A DNA stretch of 63,544 nucleotides, counting the filler, from Platydemus manokwari (Eukaryota), in NCBI GenBank assembly GCA_037951405.1. It is 4 parts of 4 records of this genome, joined end to end, with 100 filler letters (N's around TTAATTAATTAA, not from the genome) between each part and the next. Parts side by side here need not be neighbours in the genome. Positions count along the whole stretch, not along the records: positions 1 to 18,581 come from JBBMOY010344447.1; positions 18,682 to 31,756 come from JBBMOY011849166.1; 2 more parts are not named here. One strand, written 5' to 3'. The translations under genes and the position numbers were made by a program. Positions 10,780 to 21,870 of the stretch are shown piece by piece (position 1 is the stretch's first letter; every line of letters starts with the position of its first letter). Under the pieces are notes generated by a model. That model did no database searches and was not told the DNA's origin. It was given only the letters and a program-made list of their open reading frames with translations.

Positions 10780-13736
10780 TTACCACCAATCATCATTATC
10801 CGGTGCCTCAGATAGTTTAGGCTTATTAAAGTACCTGGAATCGGTTTGAACATCGTCTGTTTCATCAGATCTATGTTTTCGACTGAAATTATTTGACCCA
10901 TCTCTTCTTCCGCCTCCACCATATCCACCTCCATCGCGATCACCACCATAACCTCCAAAATTTCTACCTCGTCCACCTCTTCCTCTTCCACCACCACCTC
11001 TTGAACCATAACTTATACGATATTCTTGATGTTGTTTCATTAATTGTGGTAGAAAATCTGGTACATCTTGGTCTCCATCTTCGAGAATTCTGATCAATTC
11101 GGCAGCATTATTCCAATCATTTTTGTTCATGAATGTGAATGCTTCTCCTGATCGCCTAAAAATGTGATATTGAAACGTGATATATAATAATATTTAATTA
11201 TTTTATATAATTTAAAAAGCAAATAATATATTTTTTAAATTTTAACGAAGCTTAATGATCTGTCATCACAATAAAATCACAGCCTGCAAATGAGAATCAC
11301 TGTTTTATTGATTTCAGAAAAAATAATAAAATGAAAGAATATTAAAATTTCATTTCAATCAATAAATATAAAAATAATAAATTAATACCAACCCAGCTCT
11401 ACCAGTTCGACCAACTCGATGAACGTATTCTTCAATATTTTTAGGAAAATCGTAATTGATAACTTTTGTTAAATCTGCAATATCTAGACCCCGAGATGCT
11501 ACATCGGTTGCAATCATCACATTACGAGCACCGGATCTCATCAATTTTAATGCCATTTCTCTCTCTTGCTGATCAAGATCGCCGTGTATTTCACAGGCTC
11601 TAACTGCACCTTTTGGACCGAGCAAACCTTTAGAACGTTTCAAATATAACTCAAAAGCTAAATCACTGCATTGTGCTTTTCTAGCAACAAATATGATGAT
11701 TTTATCGTCTGGTTTGATTTCAGATAATATTTCAATGAGTCTCTGAGTTTTATCATGATATTCGACATATTCAACATATTGCCGAACAGTGTGACAAGCG
11801 TTTAGATCGAGTGTTCCCACATTAACTTGAATAGGATCTTTCATATGCGTAAGAGCGATTCTTTGAACACCGAATGGCCATGTAGCACTCGTCATTACTG
11901 TTTGTCTTTGCCTTCTAACAGCATATATTAAATTGACAACTTGAATCTCAAAACCCATATCAAGCATTCGATCTGCTTCATCCAAGACCAAATAACTGAC
12001 ATCTTTCAAATTGAGAACACCCGAATCTTTTAAATCTTGAATACGACCAGGAGTTCCAACAACAATTTCTGGATTTTCTTTCAACTGATAGATCTGATCA
12101 CGTTTGTCAGCTCCGCCGTAACAAACAACAGAATCAATATCGTGATATGCGTATTTCTGAACCTCGTTCTGGATTTGGATCGCCAGTTCTCGAGTGGGAC
12201 TTAATATGAGAACGGTTGGACCTTGTCGTTTTTCCCTTGGCCTACAAATAAGAAATAATTTATTTAGATTCATATAAAATAATATTTGACAAAATTTTTA
12301 AAGAAAATTTAATTTAATAGAAAATTTTTTTAATTTAATAAAAGTTAAATAAAACTCTACTTTGGCTGCCCTTCTATATGTATAAATGCTGGTAGTAGAA
12401 ATGCAAGTGTTTTTCCAGTTCCAGTTTGGGCAATGCCAATGAAATCACGACCTGACATTAAAACTGGCCAACCTATACACTGAATAGGAGATGGTTCTTC
12501 AAATTTTTGTTTTCTAATTTCTTTCAATATATCGGGACGATTAAAGAAAGCCTCCTCAAACGTTCTCACAGGTTTCGGAATAATTTTAGATATTGGAATC
12601 TCCTCAATTAACTCCTCGGGATCTTTTTCGAAAACCGTATTGCCAAAATTACAAAACGATGCTCCACTTTCAGATTCGATTTCCTTAATGATAATATTGT
12701 TCTTTTCTAGTAGAAATTTATCCTTCTCTTCATTCGTCATTCTCGACACATTTGGATGTTCGTGGTAAAAATTTCGATGAACTGGGTAGAAATTGCTATC
12801 TCTGTTACTTTTTAATCTCATTTGTACATTATTTGGACGTTTCCTCACGGGCTTTTCTTCTTCCATATAAGTTGGAATACCCCAATCGTCATCTGGTACA
12901 TAACTATCAACTTTTGGTTCATTGAATTTTGAACTAATGTTTAATGGCTCATCTTTAAATATCAATGAATCTATAGAAGGTGTTTCGTCTACCTTTTTGC
13001 CCCACCCACCCCAATCGTCTCCATTGACTTCTTGAACGTTATTAGAATAATTATTAGATCGAGAGCTAAATGATCCATTTGAATAACCGTAATCACCACT
13101 TCTTGAATTATAATTGTTATTATTCTTAAAGTTTGAATTATTGTCTCTGTAACTGTTGTTATTATCCCTATTAGAGTAATTATCATTTGATGTGCTATTA
13201 AAACTTCTATTATATTTCTGATATTTATCTTTATCGTTGTTAGAATCACCCCAAGAATCATTTGAAGACTTCCTTTTCCAAGAAGAACCTCTATCGTCCT
13301 GATCATCCATGTCAAATGTATTTCTGGACTGACGTTTATTTGAATAGCTATTAGATGAATAAACTCTATCATCTTTGTCTCCATAACGATTATCACTACT
13401 ATCATTTAAATGACGTTTTTGTTGCCGTCTTGTAATTTCATCTATTTTGGCTCTGGCTTTATCAATATTTTTCGAAGTACCTTCTAAAAATATTGGAACA
13501 TTATCATCAACAACTTGATCTTTCTTGATCTAAATACAAAAATAGTAAATTTTTTAAACATTCCGCCATTGTTTACATTAATGCGACAATTGCTTTCTTC
13601 AGAAATTTCTTTAATGCGAGAACCGCCTTTGCCAATAATTAAACCTAAATGCTTTGACGGCACATATATTGTTGTTTTTTCTAAAAATTATTTGTTAATT
13701 AACATAATCCCAACGTGAACACATACCATCATTCAT
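10780..13736 (-). CDS. DDX43: DDX43/DDX53-family KH-domain + DEAD-box RNA helicase (gene A), about 835 aa, with N/S/D/R-rich linker and C-terminal RGG region ending NDDWW
   Basis: Exons 13736-13727, 13680-13577, 13529-12361, 12241-11393, 11155-10780. Introns are GT-AG (46, 47, 119, 237 nt) and the total is 2508 nt in frame. The N-terminus [39 protein letters not shown]...KARAKIDEI is a type-I KH domain with a GxxG loop (missed by the ORF track). All DEAD-box motifs are present, including AQTGTGKT and SATWP. The KH+DEAD architecture is characteristic of DDX43/DDX53. Confidence 0.93.
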
Positions 13737-13793
13737 TGAAAATAAATTTAATAAATTGTCTAAAAGTGACTTTTTAAACAAACATCATCACAA

Positions 13794-13802
13794 AGCCATT
13801 TT
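13794..13802 (-). promoter_or_regulatory. AAAATGGCT YY1/Pho-like motif and short uORF start (MAL*) upstream of gene A
   Basis: The motif ends 58 nt before the ATG; the same motif sits at the same distance in gene C (17011-17019). Confidence 0.35.
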
Positions 13803-16800
13803 ATAAATTACATAATTTTATGAAATTAACGAAATTTGAAAATAAGGAAATCGCACACGGAGATCATCTTAAGTATCACAATTAATAATTAAAGCATTTT
13901 ATTTATTTTTAAAGTTCAGTTTATTTAACTTTTAAATGATAAATAATAATTATATACCATTATTTGAATATTTATTTAATATTAAAAAAATTTTAAATAG
14001 TATAATCATTAAATAAAATAGTTATTGCAAATATTCGGGAATACGGAGCATATATTTCTAAAGATAATTTTCTTACTAATTATGTTGTCTTTTTCATATT
14101 ATTGTTGTTGTCAAGCAGTTTCGAAAAAATGAACATGTAAAATTAATTATTGGGATACAATAATTCCAATAGCTACCTTTATCAGTAGGAACAATACCCC
14201 CTCAACCTATAGTAATAACATAAATTTCATCAGTAAGAAGTTTGTCTGATTTTTTAGCAAATATTTTAGAAAAAGTCTTCAAAAAATTGTCACTTAGTTC
14301 CATGTTAATATCAATAGTAAAGTTTTCTTGATTTGACTTCTGACTGATTAGTTATTTTTGTATGTCTTATTTTTCTTCAAAGATGTCACTTCTTTCTTTT
14401 CTTCAAAAATTGTGCCATATTATTTTTGCGTTGACCATTACAGTACTCTGTATTTATTTTGATCTATGTTAACTACTGTTCTACTTATTAAGAAAACTAG
14501 TTATATATTCATATAATTTTGAGTATCAGCATAATTTTATAAATTATAAAAAATAGTCATCACCATCTCTAAAGATATTAATTTTCATATTATTTTTATT
14601 CTATTATTATTGTTGGAGTTCCGGGAAAATGACATTTTTGTATTAACAGTTTTTGCATGATTTGATTCAATGCATTTTAGTAGGAAACTTTTATTATTTT
14701 TATTCTTCATTATGCAATCCTAATTCTTTTCTTTAATAATATAAGTTGTAACAGAAATCCAAATTACCCTTAATTGAAAAATATTTTAATATTCTTGCTC
14801 GATAATAATAAATAATAATTATTATTATTATTAGTGTAGAATCATGAATTAGTTTAGAATTTAGGATTTAATAATAAATTTATTTTTACCATAGTTAAAA
14901 TTATAAATGGTTCTAATGTATGATAATATTTTAAGTTAATTTTGATAAAACTTTAAGTTAATTTTTGGTGAAAATAAATTAATGAGAATAGAAATAAATT
15001 TAATAAAACTTATTATTGCGTAGCGACCAAAAATATTAATTATAAAAAGCCTATATTTTCTCGAATTCACCCGCACTTTAAAATAATCTTTAACAATAAA
15101 ACTCGAAAGGCAAAAAATGTCAAAATAAGCAACGCACTACATGAGAGATATCAGAAAACCAAATGAAGGTTTTAGAAAGGTCAATTGTTATTATGCCAAT
15201 GCAACGATTAAACATAATGTTGGTATAAATAACAAAATACTTTGTAAATGATTTATTAGTCACAATAATACAACTTTACCTCCAAAAACAGAATAACACA
15301 AATTCTAACATAAACATAACACTGGCAGCTAACATACTAGTAATTGACCATCTCGATCTCATTATTTATGCTTGCGTTTTGTGTGTTTCGCTTTTAATTG
15401 ATTGTTTTGTTTATTGTATTTTCGTTGGATCCGACGACCATAATATGTGAGGATTAGTCAATCCCTATGCGTGTCTCCTCGTGTGACTATGTCTCTCGTA
15501 AAAAAGAGATAATTGAAAAACATTATTATTACATATTATTATTACGACAATTATTATTAAAATCACAACAAGCTGAAGTAAAACGAAACTTTTAAAAAAT
15601 CAAATCAATAAATTTAAAGGTTTAAATATCAATTAAATATAAAAGTTTAGTTCAAAAAATTTGGTCATTAATTCAACAAGCTTTTGAATTGGACGAATTT
15701 GGAATCGAATTGATTGTTTACAAGGTTAGGATTGTGTTGGATATTTGGCAGCAGTTTGAGTTTAGTATTGTTAGAAACAGATTGATGAGATTTTTTATGT
15801 TAAATTTTGGAGAGATGCTTGAAATTGAGTTTGACTCAGATTGATGAGATTTGGGTTTTAGTTGGGCTAACTTCAACAATTTAGACTTTGTGAATACTTA
15901 TCTTTGAGTATGACGATTTTGATTCTGATATTTATGAGTTTGATTTTGATAATCATTTTACAAATAAATAATTGTATAAATTGATGTTATACAAAATGAT
16001 TATAAAATATATATTATTATATATAAGTTAAAAATTATTATTCAATAAATTCCAAGAAAAGAATTGATAGAATAAAAAACATCAAAGAAAGAAAATTAGT
16101 GAATTTTAATCAATTTATAATTTTAAATGTCAAAAATTTTATTAAAATTATGTTGAAAAGTACAGAAAATGCTAAATTTTTCTCAATGATTGCAAATACA
16201 AAGTTTCTAAAGTCAAAGACCATATAAGTTGAAGTGAAACGATTACAGGTCACTAATATGAAAACATGGAAATTTTCATAATTTGATTTTAAACGAATTT
16301 CTAAGTTAGGACTAGAAAAAGTGATCAATATAATTTTCCGGAGTTTAAAGATAATGAAAGAAAATAATAATAATTTATATATATTTGTTAAAACACATTT
16401 TTAATCAATTAAAGTATAACCCGTCTAATTATTTAAAGGCCCTCTGAGGCCTAATTATCATATTTATTCACATTATTCTACCTTGTCATGTCTTACACCT
16501 ACAACTATGAAAATAGATAACGATTACTCTGGTTTCAAACAGTATGAAAAGATTACTCAGATTTAATTAGGTTTTTCAGAATCCTATTAACAAAAGGAGA
16601 AACATAAATAAAGTCACAACAAAATTTCCATTACATAACATATTCATGATTATCATAATATTTATTCGCAAATTAGTATCTTCGATACAATAAGTCAAAA
16701 ATTACATAATTTAATAAACTTGACAAGTTTACTTGATATTTATAAATAATGATCCAATTTTTTAATGCGTCACATTCTTGGTTTTATTTCCATATTTAGA

Positions 16801-17010
16801 ACATATAACTATTATATGTAACTCATTTTAACCATAAAGTTGCTTAATTCAACCACAAACGATTTAAATTATCAGTTATTTTTAAATAAGTTTTGTTAAA
16901 CTTTGAACAATGTCTCATATTTCTAAGAACAATAGTAGTCTTTTATTATCATTATTTATTTCGATTTTATTGTAAAAGCTTTTACAACCTAATTAAGAAA
17001 TCTGAAAATA

Positions 17011-17019
17011 AAAATGGCT
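17011..17019 (+). promoter_or_regulatory. AAAATGGCT YY1/Pho-like motif and short uORF start (MAMSLDLF*) upstream of gene C
   Basis: Positionally conserved with gene A, ending 58 nt before the ATG. Confidence 0.35.
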
Positions 17020-17076
17020 ATGAGTTTAGATTTGTTTTAATTAATTTTGCTTTGGGAATTTACAAAACTATCATTA

Positions 17077-17665
17077 ATGAATGACGGTATTTATTATGAT
17101 TTGTCTTTAATTATTTTATTAACGGAAACTTATAAACTTTAGAAAAATCTACAATCTATGTGTCAACAAGACACTTAGGACTAATTATTGGGAAAGGTGG
17201 ATCCAGAATTAGAGAAATTTCGGATGAATGCAACTGTCGAATTAATGCAAGATAAAATGGCGGCATTTTCTAATAAATTTTCTTTGGATCTTTTAGATAA
17301 AGAAAGATCAAGCCGTTGACGATGAAGTTCCAGTGCTCTTGGAAGGATCACCAAGAAATATTGATAAAGCCAGATCAAAAATTGATGACATTACACGGCG
17401 TCAGTACAAGCGTCGCGATAGTGATGACAATGATCGACAATACAGTTCAAATTACAATAACTCAAATAAACGGTCATCTCGTCGTAACTATGACGATGAC
17501 GATAATGACAAAGACGATAGGGGTTCCTCAAGGAAGAGGAAGTCACCGAATGGGCGTCAAAATGAACGAGATAGATCTCGCCGATCGACTAGAGATAACG
17601 ATGATCATTATACCGGAAATTCTCGTAATTCACGATCTTATAATGATCGCAGCAGAAAAGAATAA
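17077..17665 (+). CDS. KH-domain-only paralog of DDX43 (gene C), about 160 aa, with R/S/D-rich tail
   Basis: Exons 17077-17086, 17143-17246, 17297-17665 (483 nt). Intron 1 is GT-AG (56 nt) and intron 2 is GC-AG (50 nt), both at the same positions and phases as in gene A. Protein: [78 protein letters not shown]...DDRGSSRKRKSPNG...RSRKE*. AATAAA overlaps the stop and occurs again near 17718. Confidence 0.78.
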
Positions 17666-18581
17666 AATTGAAAAATGAATGTTACTATTTAATATATTTG
17701 AATGGTTTCAGTTTTGAAATAAAGTAATTGCAAGTTAACTTCAGTCATTTTGAATTAATGTGAGTTGGTTGATGATGGACAAACAAAGAAGTCATACAAA
17801 TTGGTCACTAAAAAGGAATTGTTAGCCAACACACGGTAAATGTTTATTTCAGGGAAACAATGTATCATCTGATTAATTGTTACTTTTGCACAAATTGACT
17901 TCTGTGATGAATTATTTTTTATTTAAAAAATATTTTTGTGTTTTTTAAAAATTTATTATTATCATGTTTCAATTTAGTATATAAAGTTTACTCTTGGAAC
18001 ATAAAAAGCGATGCAATTTGTTTCTACTTAAATCGCATATCAATTATTATATAAATTTATTTGCTGTATTTTTCCGATATTACTTGATTTGTAAACTCGA
18101 TAAATTTTAATTGAAAATATTCAGAACATTGGATTTTCGATTAGTTTTCTGAGCTGCGTTAATGTTTACAGATAAATGGCATGAAATCGTCGATCTAATG
18201 TTCATTAGAGATGGAAAATGCATCAATTTAATTATAAATATTAATGTATAGAAAGTTGTAATTATTTTTAATTTAATTGTAAAAGTGAAATTCATGATAT
18301 TGAAATAATTGAGTATATGATTAGAAAACAAATAAGTTTAATTTAAATCGATTGAGATTAAAATTCAATTTAAATATTAATAAATTTCAAATGATGAAGA
18401 CTGGTATAAAATTTGATAAAACTTGAAATTTACAGTAAATATTATTTACAGCATTTAATTGAAAAATGTTATGAAGTAATTTTTTATTGAGTAATTTGGC
18501 AAAGACATTTAAATTATGTTTTTTTGAATGTTTTAAATTTTGAAGTGAAATTAAGTTGATGAAAAATAGCATTGTTATTTG

Positions 18582-18681
18582 NNNNNNNNNNNNNNNNNNN
18601 NNNNNNNNNNNNNNNNNNNNNNNNNTTAATTAATTAANNNNNNNNNNNNNNNNNNNNNNNNNNNNNNNNNNNNNNNNNNNN
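18582..18681. other. Assembly gap with artificial six-frame-stop linker (N44-TTAATTAATTAA-N44)
   Basis: The identical 100-nt structure also occurs at 31757-31856 and 44710-44809. Confidence 0.9.
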
Positions 18682-21369
18682 TTGATTTCATTTTCCTAAA
18701 TATATTATATAAATATATTCTTGATAATTCTCAATGATAAATATGCAGGAAACCCGCAGAAAATATTAATTATAAATTCTTTAGAAATTATATTTAATAA
18801 AATATTTCGACAAATAGTTCATATTATTCTCTTCCATGTCTTTCGTTTCAAATAATCCGATAACACCAAATAATACAAAACCAGAGGTAATAATGAGATT
18901 TTATCGAATATATATTACTTATTTAATAAAAATGAAAACGAGCGAGAGATGAACAAATCAACAATGAAGCCAAGACCTCACTGAAAGTTAAAGAATAATA
19001 TATCGATATACCTATAAAATATATTTAAAAAATGATTTTTGGCTTTATTTTCGACAGATATATTCATGACCTGTCAGTTATGATGGTGAAATCAACTAAA
19101 AATAGATCCATCACGATATCTCCCCTCCTTGCTGTCTGATCCGATCAAAGTAAGAAGACAATTGTCTCCTTCTCAAGAGAGAGTGTGATTTATGGATTTC
19201 TTCCAGAATAAAATGTTTACCTTTAAAAAATTATTGACATGGTGTCGAATGAACACAGCTAGTCTCGCTTGTCAATGAAAATATAGTAGTTTTCGTTTTA
19301 GTGACGATTCCAGTAGGAATAAAAATAATAAGTATTTATTTGAACTAATTGTTTATTATGATAATTTTGGAATAACGATAGTTAAAAGAAGTTTATAAAC
19401 AAGATTAAATTTTTATTTTCCTAATTGTATTGCTATTATTATTGTTATTATTATTACATTTGCTGTTAGTATTGTCATCGAATATTATTAAAATCCTGAT
19501 TTGGATTCCCATTTAATATCGGGTTAGAGTACACCAATCAACTTTAAAAATAATTAACTTGAAAATTTTTTTCCTGCTCTCTAATCAAGATTCGACTGGT
19601 ATTCACATTATGATGAACCGAAAATTACATATTATAATTATTTTCAGGTTTTCTTTAATAACTATTATTAATGTTGGGCTTACTATGCTTTTGATTTTAT
19701 AAAATTAGATCAGTTTAAATTGAAAATTATATGAGAATTAATTAATTATCGAAATCCTATAAATAATTTGAATTTATAAATGTATTGAGCTCTATTATAT
19801 TTTTATGAATACAATACGTACAACTGATTCCAAAAGGTGTATGTATGTTATGAACAAAATAAGAAGTTGAATTATAGATTAATAATAAAATTTAAAAAAA
19901 CCCGATTTAAATAATATATAATTGTTATTACTCAAGATGCAATCGATAAAATACAATAAGATTCAAATTAAAATATATTATAATACAATAGGATAAAAAT
20001 AGTTATGCAGTAAAGATTTTAGGCAAACAACCAGGTTGGAAAATTGCGCTTTAAATTCAATGTATGATTCTATATAGATAGAACTAAAGATTTTAAAAAA
20101 ATATCTTGTATTTGTATTCGTAAGAGCTATGATTTATGATTTTGTGGGTAGTTTAGTCTAAAGACACCTTAACCACTTCCAGTCAAATGATTTTACATTA
20201 AGAATTTAAAAATTACTCATACTTCTCTTAAATTAGATTCAAGCTGAAGTTTATAGTGTGTGCGTTGTTGAGATACTGAAAATTTAATTACAAATGAATG
20301 TCACCTTTTTGTTTTTTGAAAGAAATCTGGGCGAGAATAAGTTCTGCACAATGATTATGTAATCAAGGCACAATGTAAATAGGATTCGTTATCAGGTCAA
20401 TCAGGATAATAAGTTCCGAGTTAGATAGTAGACTTCTTGCTGGTTGTATGTGTTAATGTTTTTGGCAAGCTTTTAATGAATCGATGCGTAATTTCACTGA
20501 CATATCTTTTGACAATGTTTTCTGATTTAATTCCCTCTACTTTCAGTTTTTGCCAGTAATAACTTTGTATATTTAGTGTTCTTCACCCTTGGCACAATAA
20601 CTTATTTAAAAATTTTTCTATTAATTAACTTAACTCATAGATTTTAAAATTTTATACGACATATTGATCTTTCAATATCTTCCCCAATCAATCTGCTCAT
20701 ACCAACAGCGACAACACTTGACATTCTCATATTATCTACTTTGTTCAATCAGTCCTGGCAATGCCTTCAGTGTTAAAAAACTATTTTCCTGCAAAACAGC
20801 GACATTGCATTTTCTGCGAAGCTTCAAACTTTTGCTGCTCCCGATGACAATGAGACGAAACATTGGGAAGCTCAAATTAGGAAGATGGGGCTTTAAAAAA
20901 CATATAATTTTTTTAAGTTGGCATGTAAAATTTATTATATAACATAATAGGCTTCAGTTTGTTGAGATCCGAGCAGTCATAGGAAGGCAGGTTTCATTAC
21001 CTATGGCAGTACCTTTTGTAAGCTCAGGCTGGTCCAATCAAGTGGTTAGAGCTCTGACACTAGATGAAATAGTGATCCTGAAAAAAGGAATTGGAGCAGA
21101 TTGGTTAACTGGCTTAAGGTTGATTGGTTTCATTTTTATTTTTAGATTCTGTAGCAGAAGCACAACTTTTGGGCTCAGATAACTGGGTTTAGCTCAGGTA
21201 TTAAAACCGTCATTATTTGTTCATCTAAGTAAAATAAATTCAAAGAACGAACATTAAAAATAATATTAGTACAACCGAGTCAGGCAATTAGTGTTTAGTT
21301 TAAGTTAACTTTTAATGTTTTAACATTGCGGTAATACAATCACATGTGATTAGTAATTTTTAAGTTTCC

Positions 21370-21870
21370 TCAATTGCTTATTGAGATGGGTAGTGCCCTT
21401 TCTGCAACATATGTGATTGAGGGTATTATCTCATCTCCATGAATTTTAGGATTCCCTCTAATTTGTAATTCCGATCCTTCCTTCATGTTTATAAGCACTC
21501 CCGTTTGATGGTGATGCCAGATCCGAACTGATTGTTGTATGTTTGATGCAGACAACAGTTTGGCAAGGGTCCTTATATCACCATCAGATAAGCCGATGAC
21601 TTTCAGTACATTGAGAGTTTTTTGTGGAACTGAGCCTAAAGAACCGACCACAATTGTGTGAACAGTAACAGTATAAAGTGGTTTATGTTGTTTGATCAAT
21701 TCGCAAAGTGGGGTATAGTGCTCTATATTTCTTTCGTCTGCCTGTTTCATTAGAATTTCAGAATCAAGTGGACATTTAACATCAACCAGATATATTCTTT
21801 TACTTAAACAGTTTTCTATGTACAGATCAACTCTTAATCTAGAGACGGAGTCACACCCTCTAAGATATGG
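21370..21870 (-). mobile_element. 5'-truncated non-LTR retrotransposon fragment encoding a restriction-like endonuclease (R2/R4/NeSL-type) C-terminus
   Basis: Extending ORF 21370-21750 upstream gives SRLRVDLYIENCLSKRIYLVDVKCPLDSEILMKQADERNIEHYTPL...VHTIVVGSLGS...RIW. This matches the RLE pattern R(P)D...DxK/xP...KxxKY...VGxLG...IW. Confidence 0.75.

Noticed and set aside
10770-13718. ORFs 10770-11009, 10893-11093, 12989-13405 and 13515-13718
   Set aside because: Alternate-frame or antisense shadows of gene A exons, caused by low-complexity RGG and N-rich codons.
10780-13736. Calling gene A Vasa, DDX3 or DDX5/17
   Set aside because: The N-terminal KH domain, [13 protein letters not shown] and [15 protein letters not shown] fit DDX43/53. 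The Vasa-like traits are limited to the disordered tails.
15420-15520. GC-richer island resembling an RTE 5' HDV-like ribozyme
   Set aside because: Could not build the nested pseudoknot, and there is no adjacent RTE ORF.
17181-17678. ORFs 17181-17378 (-) and 17316-17678 (+)
   Set aside because: Shadows of gene C; only the 17333-17665 frame is homologous to gene A.
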